A stretch of 14,013 nucleotides of DNA, from positions 1 to 14,013 of the forward strand of contig NW_021825931.1 in the NCBI RefSeq assembly GCF_006345805.1, written 5' to 3'. Position 1 is the stretch's first letter. Every line of letters starts with the position of its first letter. Positions 1 through 9,918 of this stretch are shown here, in pieces. A program made the translations under genes and the position numbers. Below the pieces are notes generated by a model. The model was given only the letters and a program-made list of their open reading frames with translations, had not been told where the DNA came from and ran no database searches. This stretch comes from Octopus sinensis. Taxonomy: Eukaryota.

Positions 1-431
1 AAATGTAATTAAAGAGATTCAATTCTGCTCAGCAATTTTATATCGGTCTCGCCCAACGTATTTAAAAACCTGAAAATTTAAAAAAGAATTTTTTTTTAAA
101 TCATCAAAATACCAACGCAAGAACTGGAAAATCCGTTAAAATGTGGAAAATATGTACAAATCATTTATTAAAAGAAATATAAATTTTTATGACTATTTTT
201 CGTGTTACATAGTTTTTTGAGTTAAATCATATGTCTAATGTAATTGTGTACGAAAATTTAGTTGTTAGTTAAAGCGGCATTCTTATTTAATTAGCAGTAT
301 TCAAACATGGAATATATTTTGAGTGAAAATAGCAGCATGAAAACCCAAGTATCCCCAAAGAAAAAAAGAGCAAATAAAAGCAAACAAGTAAAAAGTAAAA
401 CAAAACAAAAACTTAATTCTATGGCTTAATA

Positions 432-645
432 TGAGGGGGCGGGGCAGAAAAGTTTCTAGCTTTAAGGGTATCACTGAAGGCCAGGCTGGTGACCCAACCT
501 TCCGAGTTTTTTTACCGGGCTTAGAAAAACTGAAGGGTCGTTCACTTTTTCAGTGTGAATCTGGGAAGGGAATATGCTTTATAAAATTGTAATTAACTGA
601 TCCTCCTTCTTTAACCCAAAGCCAGGAACTTTTCAGCACCCCTTG
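432..645 (+). mobile_element. Tc1/mariner-derived non-autonomous element (MITE) with TIRs and TA target-site duplication
   Basis: TA at 430-431 and 646-647. The left end TGAGGGGGCGGGGCAGAAAAGTTTCTAGCTTT is an imperfect reverse complement of the right end AAAGCCAGGAACTTTTCAGCACCCCTTG (618-645). Internal 518-584 reads GLEKLKGR..(frameshift)..VNLGREYAL*, resembling the mariner transposase C-terminus (G.xKL..RW.KC....G.YVE*). Confidence 0.8.
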
Positions 646-1080
646 TATGCTAATAGAAGAAATATAAAGAATAACGTAAAATTTTCGGGTTACGGTAATT
701 ATATATCATTTACAGAGAGATTTCATACGTAAATTCACTAGCTATAATCAATCGATATTTTCTGAACTATGAATATTTGCTAAGTGTAAAGAGAAATAAT
801 TAATAATAAATAAAAATTTAAGTCTTCATAAAAATGAAATTTAAAAACTAAAAAAAAAAAAAAAATTATAATTAAGGAATAAAGAAACGGGAAAAAAGTG
901 GGGGCAAACACATATCTTTGTCTAGCATAATTAATCCGGCTCATTAAATCGTATATTAAAGAACAGATGAAAGGCATAATAGAGGAATATCACATAATAA
1001 TTTTAAAATGCATGGATAATGGATTGATAATTAAGTAATTAAGAAGGGTATGTAATAAAGGATAATTCTACTTGTCCCGA

Positions 1081-1300
1081 TGTGACACGCACATGCACAC
1101 AGACACACACATGTAGACAAACGCGTGCACGCACACGTAAAACACAAACACACATGCACATGCATCAGCGCAAATAACTGTACAAATACGAAACATACCC
1201 ACATAGGTTTTCATACACTTTAGCGTATATATATAAATAAATATACATATATTATATATATATATACACATACACACACACATACTTACGCATACACACG
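1081..1300. repeat. Degenerate (CA)n/(TA)n compound microsatellite
   Basis: Runs of CACA/TGCACA/TATA seen directly. Confidence 0.85.
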
Positions 1301-1392
1301 CTGAACGTCTTATTAATACTCTTTACACGTACCATGTCTTCTTGTTGTATTCTTTCTTGTCTTTTTTCTCTGTCTTTTTTTGATAAATTATG

Positions 1393-1420
1393 CGTATATA
1401 TATATATATATTATATATAT

Positions 1421-1451
<31 letters not shown>

Positions 1452-1478
1452 CGCATATATATATATATATATATATAA
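1393..1478. repeat. (TA)n microsatellite
   Basis: Interrupted TA run seen directly, immediately upstream of the SINE at 1487. Confidence 0.95.
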
Positions 1479-1486
1479 TTAGAAAA

Positions 1487-1643
1487 AGGAGTAGCTGTGT
1501 GGTAAGTAGCTTGCTTACCAACCACACGGTTTCCAGGTCAGTCCCACTGCGTGGCACCTTGTGCAAGTGTCTTCTACTATAAGCCTCAGGCCTACCAAAG
1601 CCTTGTGAGTGGATTTGGTACGGAAACTGGGAGAAGCCCGTCG

Positions 1644-1675
<32 letters not shown>

Positions 1676-1894
1676 GATGTGTGTGTGTGTTTTTGTCTCC
1701 CTAGCATTGCTTGACAACCGATGCTGGTGTGTTTATGTCCCCGTCACTTAGCGGTTCGGCAAAAAGAGACCGATAGAATAAGTACTGGGCTTAGAAAGAA
1801 TAAGTCCCGGGGTCGAGTTGCTCGATTAAAGGTGGTGCTCCAGCATGGCCGCAGTCAAATGACTGAAACAAGTAAACGAATAAAGAGTAAGAGT
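1487..1894 (+). mobile_element. tRNA-derived SINE, family A (CORE-like central motif), near full length
   Basis: A-box-like TAGCTGTGTGG (1492-1502), degenerate B box GGTCAGTCC (1536-1544), CORE-like GTGGCACCTTGTGCAAGTGTCTTCT (from 1551), internal (TA)n(TG)n (1644-1690) and tail GGTGCTCCAGCATGGCCGCAGTCAAATGACTGAAACAAGTAAA. Colinear with the copy at 6730-7166. The CORE resemblance and octopus assignment are from memory. Confidence 0.85.
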
Positions 1895-1992
1895 ATATAT
1901 TATATATTTATATTGTGAAATTTGATTTAATTCTAAATTGAATTTTTCTCTGTAAGTTTGGAGTTATACTCCCTATTATTATTATTATTATT

Positions 1993-2545
1993 GAGTGAGA
2001 GAGCAGTGCATGCCATCAAAATGACACTGGGGTAAAATATACGAAGCCCAATATACCCATCATGACTACACGTCTGATAAGGGTACACCAGGCACATGCA
2101 TCACAACCATATGTGCGCGACATGGTGTTCTCATATCAAGATAAACAGCACATGAACTTGCAGGTGGGGCCCAGTTAGAATTTTCTTCAGGTTGAGTAGC
2201 CCATCCCGCTCAAAAGGTCCCTGAATAAGGGTTGGTTAAGGATGTTGAAAAAACCACCCATGTTTCCAGAGGTGAATTATTCAAACCCCAAAGAATCCCT
2301 CTCAACATGGCTATGATGCTCCCCCACTACCTCTGCTCGTGATCAGAGATGCACATATCGTCAGCCACTAAGGACAATGCTCAACTTGGTTAAGGTCAAA
2401 CAACTGACAAGCAAATCTGTGGTACTGAGCAGAATATTTGCTGTAGCCATCTTTTATACCAAGACAAAACAATGTACATGATAACACTTCCGATCAGTTA
2501 AATCAGAAGCCATGAGAGCCACTGCCTGGTACTGCATCAGGGCAT
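1993..2545. mobile_element. Interspersed repeat of uncertain class flanked by (TTA)n on both sides
   Basis: A 553-bp block of balanced base composition with sharp edges against (TAT)n at 1974-1992 and (TTA)n at 2546-2622. No long ORF. I recall this sequence as a high-copy octopus repeat (unverified). Confidence 0.6.
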
Positions 2546-2554
2546 TTATTATTA

Positions 2555-2600
<46 letters not shown>

Positions 2601-2622
2601 TATTATTATTATTATTATTATT
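2546..2622. repeat. (TTA)n microsatellite
   Basis: Near-perfect TTA run seen directly. Confidence 0.95.
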
Positions 2623-2678
2623 GTCAGTCGATTAGATCGACGCCAATATGAAACTGGGACTTAATTAATCGACCCCGA
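2623..2678 (-). mobile_element. SINE family C internal/3' fragment
   Basis: The minus strand reads TCGGGGTCGATTAATTAAGTCCCAGTTTCATATTGGCGTCGATCTAATCGACTGAC, with a GTCGAT-loop-ATCGAC hairpin. From recollection of the consensus, this segment follows the head seen at 5757-5875. Confidence 0.55.
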
Positions 2679-2684
2679 CATATA

Positions 2685-3080
2685 GGTGCAGGCATGGCTG
2701 AATGGTTAAAAAAATTCGCTTTGCTACCACAAAACTTCGTGCTCATTCTCATTGCAAAGTACCATCAAACAAATGTCTTCTGTTATATCTCGCTGAGCGA
2801 ATTCGGTAGACGGAAACGGTGTTGAAGCTCATTGCATAAGTGGCATAAATTAAAATATACTTTTTTCTTGATAACCGGTGTTGGTTTTGTTTACGCCATC
2901 GTAACATAACCATCTGCAAAAAACAAAAAAAAAACAAAAAAAAATGATAAAATATATATAAAAAAAAAACAGTGATAAAGCACCAGACTCAAAAGTTAAA
3001 CACATGATTCAATTTGTTTGACTGAATCCTTCGTAGCGGTGCTCCAGCATGGCTGCAGTCCAATGAATGATCCAAATAAA
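2685..3080 (+). mobile_element. Old, diverged copy of SINE family A
   Basis: Ordered matches to the 1487 and 6730 copies: GGTGCAGGCATGGCTGAATGG (head), GGTAGACGGAAAC (about 2806-2818), TTGATAACCGGTGTTGG..TTTACG (about 2868-2896) and GCGGTGCTCCAGCATGGCTGCAGTC (3036-3060). Confidence 0.7.
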
Positions 3081-3342
3081 TAATAGACTGAAGTAAAGAA
3101 TGGGTCAAACAAAATATTTATATTACATCCCCGCCCCACCACTTCCATTGATCAGGGTATTCCAAGTTCTGGATTACGCTTTCATCTTCAAGTATTGTTC
3201 AGCGTTGGCTATTCCAAACCTTTTCATGCAGAATTCGTATATTTATTGTACAAATGTGGATCGTTATTCTTGTAAAAGATTTTGCACGTTCAGTGTAGTT
3301 GCGATTTCCCCCTCGTAGGACCTTAGTTTCAATTCATACATT

Positions 3343-3712
3343 CTGGAGGAAGCACTCCATCGGTTACGACGATGAGGGTTCCGGTTGATCCGAATCAACG
3401 GAACAGCCTGCTCGTGAAATTAACGTGTAAGTGGCTGAGCACTCCACAGACAAGTGCACCCTTAACGTAGTTCTCGGGGATATTCAGCGTGACACAGAGA
3501 GTGACAAGGCCGGCCCCTTGAAATACAGGTACAACAGAAACAGGAAGTAAGAGTGAGAGAAAGTTGTGATGAAAGAGTACAGCAGGGATCACCACCATCC
3601 CCTGCCGGATCCTCGTGGAGCTTTTAGGTGTTTTCGCTCGGTCTGGGAATCGAAACCGCGATCCTATGACCGCGAGTCCGCTGCCCTAACCACTGGGCCA
3701 TTGCGCCTCCAC
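3343..3712 (-). mobile_element. tRNA(Arg)-like SINE, family B (tail type 1), full length with TSD
   Basis: The minus-strand head GTGGAGGCGCAATGGCCCAGTGGTTAGGGCAGCGGACTCGCGGTCATAGGATCGCGGTTTCGATTCCC has an A box, a B box and an anticodon-like TCG. Flanks TCATACATT (3334-3342) and TCATCCATT (3713-3721) match 8/9. Head and body are homologous to 11079-11257. Confidence 0.85.
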
Positions 3713-3988
3713 TCATCCATTATAGGTTCTTACCCAGTAGAGACAGCAATCTTGCTGGAATTTTATCTCGACAATGCATTTTTTCGGTAGGTGCTTTTGT
3801 TTTTAGTTTTTTTATCTTCTAGGTATTTTATCAATATTTTTGAGAAAATCTGCTTAATTTTGCTCTTTGTTTTATTTCCATCCTCATAACTGGAGAAAGT
3901 GGAGCTGCCATGAAAGGGTGCCGCCTGGTTGTTTAATGCTATTAGTTGTAATCGTTACTGTGGTTGTCTCCCCTAACTTTTGCCGGTC

Positions 3989-4042
3989 GTAAATGGATGA
4001 TAGAAGTATTGAGTTGTAAATGGGTGATAGAAGTATTGAGTA
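3989..4042 (+). repeat. 27-bp direct tandem duplication
   Basis: GTAAATGGATGATAGAAGTATTGAGTT (3989-4015) is followed by GTAAATGGGTGATAGAAGTATTGAGTA (4016-4042); 25/27 identical. Confidence 0.9.
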
Positions 4043-4504
4043 CTTGACAATTTCATTTACTGAATCATGATTAATCGTTGTTTATGTTGTTATATAAGTC
4101 TTCCTGTATGAAAAAGCTTTCTGGCGCGCTTTGCTGGCACATGTGTGACAGCTTGGTTATCTGCCTTGGATACTGAGCTATATGGTCTCCACTCAACGCC
4201 GTTTACAGCACGGAGTTCTGCTGTTGTTTTGTTGCCTTGCAGGATCACAAGAAATTTAATATCCATGATGATCTCACCCGATGACATATCGATAATACAT
4301 GTTACGTCTGTGCTTACCAACTGCCGACATCTTTCTTCGTAAATGCGTTCGAATCTTTGTGTTAAGAACTACGGATAGGGGATCCTTTGGATGTTTTTCC
4401 GACACGAATAACTTTGTAGTTTCTATCTTGTTATGAAGCCCGTGTAACATGGAGTTAGATATATACAAATTTTTCCAATCTTGTGCTTTGTCATATGCTT
4501 ATTT

Positions 4505-4724
4505 GCATGTGTAAATTTATGTGTGCATATATGTATGCGCGCACGCACACACATACACACACAATACAGATATAATAGTGAAAAGGATGTTTGTTAGAAA
4601 TGCTCTCTAAGGTAAACTCCCAGCGTGGTAAAATATCGTAAAGGCGGGAAAGTGGAAATAGTTGATAGTTTATGTAGTAAAAACTAATTCGAAATATAAA
4701 GAAACATGCATAAAAAACACACAC

Positions 4725-4782
<58 letters not shown>

Positions 4783-5073
4783 TGCGTGTGTATGTTGTGT
4801 GCGCGCGTATGTGTATGCATGTATGTATATGTACACGCACACACACGCAGCGAAAAATATGTCCACAACATACATGGGCACGAACAAACGTTTATACACA
4901 CACTCGTAAATGCAAACACATATATATGTAAATATATGTGTGTGTGTGTATCTGTGTGCTGCATGTATGTACATATATATATATATTTGTGTGTATATGT
5001 ATATATATATTATATATATATTTATATATTATATTATATATATATATATATTATATATATACATATATATATT

Positions 5074-5117
<44 letters not shown>

Positions 5118-5150
5118 CACACGACCACTCACACATACACACCATTATGT
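4505..5150. repeat. Compound (CA)n/(TA)n/(TG)n microsatellite region
   Basis: Long TA runs (about 4728-4768 and 4975-5115) with flanking CA/TG runs. This explains the YIYI/THTH/VCVC pseudo-ORFs. Confidence 0.9.
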
Positions 5151-5756
5151 ACACTCGCTCCAACAACAAAAGGATAGTTAAACATTATTTACGCCCAGTA
5201 CATAATGAATGAAAATGAAACAGATGCACAGATGGTAGGATGTCCGCACCCACATCCTTTTTAATGATTTCCGTTCGATAAGTTACATCCGTTTCAAACT
5301 CTAAAAAAAATGTATTTAAATTGTATAGGTAAAAAAAAAAAACACCAAAAAACAAAAGAATTATTAGTTAAGGAGCTCTCTCTATATGTATATGTGTATA
5401 TATGTATATTCATTGCGACAAGTGACATGGTTTTTGTTATTTTGAAGCTTTCATTGAAATCAAATATTTGCGTGTAACTTCTACTTCACAACACCAGCAT
5501 TCCTTTTCAAAATCATTAGCAATAGAAATGGACTCGATTGCTTTCAGTTGGATAGTATTGTGTTTGTGTAAATTGAAAGTCTTCTTTAACGTTTGATCAT
5601 TTAAAGACCGACTCTACGCACAGTCACATGCGTCTGCACTCGTACACGCAAACTTAAACATGTATACATACAGACACAAACGTTGTCGCACTAACGAAAG
5701 TGCAGCGTACGGAAAGGACTCAATGCAGGAAAGTGGAGTATTACATATATAGTCCA

Positions 5757-5875
5757 CTGGAAAGATAAAAGGCAAAGTCGACCTCGGTGGGATTAGAACT
5801 CAGAACTTAACGACGGACAACATTCCGTTAAGCATTTTGTCCGGCGTGCTCACGATTTTACCAGCTTGCCGCCTT
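5757..5875 (-). mobile_element. SINE family C, tRNA-related 5' head fragment
   Basis: The minus strand reads AAGGCGGCAAGCTGGTAAAATCGTGAGCACGCCGGACAAAATGCTTAACGG...GAGTTCTAATCCCACCGAGGTCGACTTTGCCTTT, with A-box-like AGCTGGTAAAATCG and B-box-like GTTCTAATCC. Confidence 0.7.
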
Positions 5876-6654
5876 GAATATTACATAAATAATACTTACA
5901 CAATTTGTTAAGTATAATGAATATACTACGTGTATACTTAACGCGCATACACACATGAACTTACAAACACGCACACACACACATACACGCACACACTTAC
6001 CCGCATATATCACACTTTTGTAATTCTAAATTTCATGCCATCAATTAGGTATGCTTCTTTGATAGTTTCATTCACAGTTTTACGAGATGTTCATCGCTAA
6101 TTTCAGAGAGGACAATGTCGTTCAGAGTTTTGTTTTGGTTTTCGTTTATTTCAGCAATAGACGATTTAAACGAAAACTGTTTTGCTTTTTTAGATACTTT
6201 GATTCCTATTACGTAGGTAATCCCACAGAAATCAAATCACAAAGGAACTATATTACAGTGAAATGAAATGATTTGATATAGTAATTTACAATTGTAGTTA
6301 ATAAAATTAATCCATAAATTGGGAAAAGCCAGTAACGTGAAATTCCACAATCTTCCTCTTCCAATTGAAATTTATTGCATTATTTTTCATTTATCGCTGG
6401 TTACATTAACTGCTACGGCTCTGTCAATTAAGTTGCATGCTTCTAACAAATTGTTCGAGTAATAATTGCTATTGTACTTTGAAATTTAAACAAATTTTCT
6501 TCCTAAGTTCAATGCAAAATTTCATTATTGTTTGCAATTAATTTGAAACCCAAAATATTTCGGATGGTTAGTGTTTGTGATAGTTTTTCGCAACAGTTTA
6601 TCCATAGGGACAGGCTTTGTCAGTGGTTGTATGACAGGTGTTTGATAATGAAGA

Positions 6655-6666
6655 ATATATACATAC

Positions 6667-6728
<62 letters not shown>
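6655..6728. repeat. (TACA)n/(TA)n microsatellite
   Basis: Seen directly, immediately upstream of the SINE at 6730. Confidence 0.95.
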
Positions 6729-6729
6729 C

Positions 6730-7166
6730 GCGCAGGTCTGGCTGTGTGGTAAGAAGCTTGCTTCCCAACCGCATGATTCCGGGTTCAGTCCCACTGCGTG
6801 TCACCTAGGGTTAATGTCTTTTACTATAGCCTCGGATCAACTAAAGCCCTTGTGAATGGATTTGGTAGACGGAAACTGAAAGAATCCCGTCGTGTATACA
6901 CACACACCACACACACATATATTATATATATATGTATATATTTGTGTGTGTTTGTGTTTGTCCTCACGCCATCGCTTGACAACAGATGTTGGTGTGTTTA
7001 CGTCCCCATAACTGAGTGGTTCGGTAAAAGAGAGCGATAGAACAATTACCAGGCTTACAAAGAATAAGTCCTGGGGTCGATTTGTTCGACTAAAACCCCT
7101 CAAGGCGGTGCTTCACCATGGCTGCAGTCAAATGACTGAAACAAGTAAAAGAACAAAAGAATAAAA
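6730..7166 (+). mobile_element. tRNA-derived SINE, family A (second subfamily), full length
   Basis: A box TGGCTGTGTGG (6739-6749), B-box-like GGGTTCAGTCCC (6781-6792), internal (CA)(TA)(TG) microsatellite 6893-6960 and tail AAGGCGGTGCTTCACCATGGCTGCAGTCAAATGACTGAAACAAGTAAAAG. Colinear with 1487-1894. Confidence 0.85.
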
Positions 7167-7378
7167 GCACACACACACACACTCACACATTCACAAGTTC
7201 TAACATGCTATCTTAAAGATAGTAACGTGATAATTTTTCAACGTAACCTTTATTTATTTAAATCAAAGGGTATGGAACTTGGAGATGTAATTCGTCCCAC
7301 AAGAAATAGCAACCGAATTTCTACTCACAAAAGGCAGGACGGTCAAGGTGGGATTAATTTTGGATCATCACCATCAGC

Positions 7379-7722
7379 ACCACTACCATTGAATAGTAGC
7401 GGCACTACTACCACCACCACCACCACCACCAACCACCACCACCACCGCCCCCACCATCATTGTCATCGACTTCTCCATCGTCTTCGCCTTCGTTTTCGTC
7501 GTCGTTGTCGCCATCACCATTAATATTTCCACATTGATCTTAATATGACTGATTGAACCTCTCTGGTTGTCTTTTCCTTCGATTCCCATCCAACATTTCA
7601 CCACCACCACCACCACCACCACCACCACCATCAATCTTTCTGCTTTCTCTCTTTCTCACATTTTCTTCCCCTACTCCCTGTCCTCCGTCCCTCGTCCCTT
7701 GTCCCTGTCTCCCACCCAAACC

Positions 7723-7761
<39 letters not shown>

Positions 7762-7765
7762 ACGC
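7379..7765. repeat. (CAC)n/(CGT)n/(CA)n simple repeats with spacers
   Basis: CAC runs at about 7405-7450 and 7599-7630, CA run at about 7727-7764. Confidence 0.85.
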
Positions 7766-8114
7766 GCAGATTAAGAAATTGCCATATTTATATTCTTCAC
7801 TTACATTTTACCACATCTCTGACACTCCAGCAAAGCCAGCCCTTATTATAAGTAAAACAACCCTGCTAGATATAATAGTCATTTCCCCTCCATACATCTA
7901 CTAGAATTGGAAAAAAGGTGAAAGAAAGAAAGTGGGAAAATATTGGTCAAAGATTCAATGTTTCAGAATGAAAGACAGAATGGTCACAGTTGGAACGGTT
8001 TTCAGGCAAAATCTGTTCAATCGTGGTTGACCTGAGATTAATCGAAACTCATACAACGACATCATCTGTATTTTCGTTATCACTCCTCACGAACTACCTC
8101 CTTCATTTTATCCC

Positions 8115-9210
8115 CAAGGCCACCACCACACCACCACCACCACCACCACCACCACACCACCACCACCACCTAAATTAATGTCACCACTATTCCCGCGTGC
8201 ACTGACACTACAACCTCCACAACCGCCAGCATCTACACAATCTCTTTCAATACCACCGGCCATCATCTTCGCTGCCACCACCACCACCACCACCACACCA
8301 CCACATCCACTTGCATGTCTACGACCATGACGATGACCACCACCACCACATTCACCACTGCCACCGCCGCCGCCACATTCACCACCGCGTCCAACACTAC
8401 CATCACTACTACCAACACCACCGCTTTCGCCTTTGCCACCATCTCTATCACTACCACCATCCACACTACTACCACTCCACCATCCTTACCAACACTAACA
8501 GTGCCACTTCCGACACTACCCCCACCACCACTGCTGCCACCATCACTACCATGTCCTTCAACACCATCTTATCGCTACTATCTCCATCGCTACAAAACAA
8601 CCACCACCACCACCACAACCACCGTCACAACCCATACCACCAATAAAATCACCATCGTCAACTACTACTACTACCACCACCACCAGCACCATCATCATCA
8701 TCACCATCACAATCACCACCATCACTAGCAACCACTATTGCTATTCCTCTCTCCAAATGAATATCTCCAATATCATTTGGTCACCTTGGAAACATCGTTG
8801 TCATTGTCGTCATCACCACGAACGCCACCACCACCACCACCACCACCACCACCATCACTACCACCACCACCTTCGTCGTCACCGTCGTCACCGTCGTCAT
8901 CGTCATTATCATCATCATCACTGTCATCATCATCATCACCACCATCACCATCACCCTCGTTCTTATTTTATATACTTCATTACTCGGCCGGTCATATCTT
9001 CTTATTTTAACAGCACCAATTCTTTTCCAATACTTTCCTATCTCAAAACCAAAAAGCCCCCTCCCCTCTCCGCCCCACCTACCACCGCCATCACCACCAT
9101 CACCACTATCATAACCATCACTCACGCTTTTTCCTTAAATCCCACATCCGGAATTTCCTGCTCGAAACATTGTATACCACCCCAGCCCAACCTCACCCCA
9201 CCCAACCAAC
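8115..9210. repeat. Large compound trinucleotide array (CAC/CAT/TAC/CGT/CAA), C+A-rich on the + strand
   Basis: Mosaic of related trinucleotide units seen directly. This is the source of the poly-H/T/P and poly-V/G/M pseudo-ORFs. Confidence 0.9.
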
Positions 9211-9304
9211 CAACCTATTTCTTATAATGTATTTGACCTAGTTTTCATTAGCCCCGTTACACATTTATTCATTGTCCCCTTTATTCAAAATTCGCTTCTC
9301 TCTC

Positions 9305-9332
9305 TTTATTATCATCATCATCATCATCATCA

Positions 9333-9403
<71 letters not shown>

Positions 9404-9414
9404 GTTATTATTAG
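9305..9414. repeat. (TCA)n-(TTA)n microsatellite
   Basis: Seen directly; gives the poly-Ile pseudo-ORF. Confidence 0.95.
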
Positions 9415-9596
9415 GCGGCAAACTGTCCTATATTTTAAAGGACAGTTAATGAGAAATGAAATGAAATGAAAATAGAAGTGGTGGCGTTTATGCTTTACCT
9501 TTAAAATAGTAATTGTCTAAAATGAAGTGAAACTGGTTCGGTCCTTGAGGATTGAAACCGTTTTGCGAGCTCAGTAACTCGGTTTGTTAATTTACT

Positions 9597-9867
9597 CTAT
9601 ATATAGATATTACATATCTATAGATACATATATTTATATACATACATATATGCAAATGCGTACAGACACACAGAAATGTATATATATATATATATACATA
9701 CATATGTATGCATATATATATATGTATATATATTGTATATGTGTATATATATATATGTATATGAACATATATATTATATATATATGATTCGTATGTGTGT
9801 ATATATGTATGTATGTATGTATGTAGTATGTATGTATGTATCTATCTATTCTATCTATCTATCTATC

Positions 9868-9903
<36 letters not shown>

Positions 9904-9918
9904 ATATATATATATTAT
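9597..9918. repeat. Compound (TA)n/(TATG)n/(TCTA)n microsatellite
   Basis: Seen directly. Confidence 0.9.

Noticed and set aside
2500-2545. Possible HDV-like or hammerhead ribozyme at the end of the (TTA)n-flanked element (minus strand CCCTGATGCAG..GGCTCTCATGGCT)
   Set aside because: CTGATGC is not a valid hammerhead core, and the putative HDV P1 helix has no complementary strand.
3308-3317. CCCCCTCGTA, matching a mariner TIR terminus
   Set aside because: Only 10 nt match and no partner TIR is found nearby.
4491-5212. Stacked ORFs on both strands rich in YI/TH/VC dipeptides
   Set aside because: Dinucleotide microsatellite artefacts.
7227-7523. ORF MIIFQRNL..GMELGDVIRPTRNSNRISTHKRQDGQGG..
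   Set aside because: It begins at a non-ATG codon, runs into CAC repeats, has no recognisable domain and has weak splice signals.
9413-9430. AGGCGGCAAACTGTCC after (TTA)n, resembling the start of the family C SINE head
   Set aside because: Similarity stops after about 12 nt, which is too short to call.
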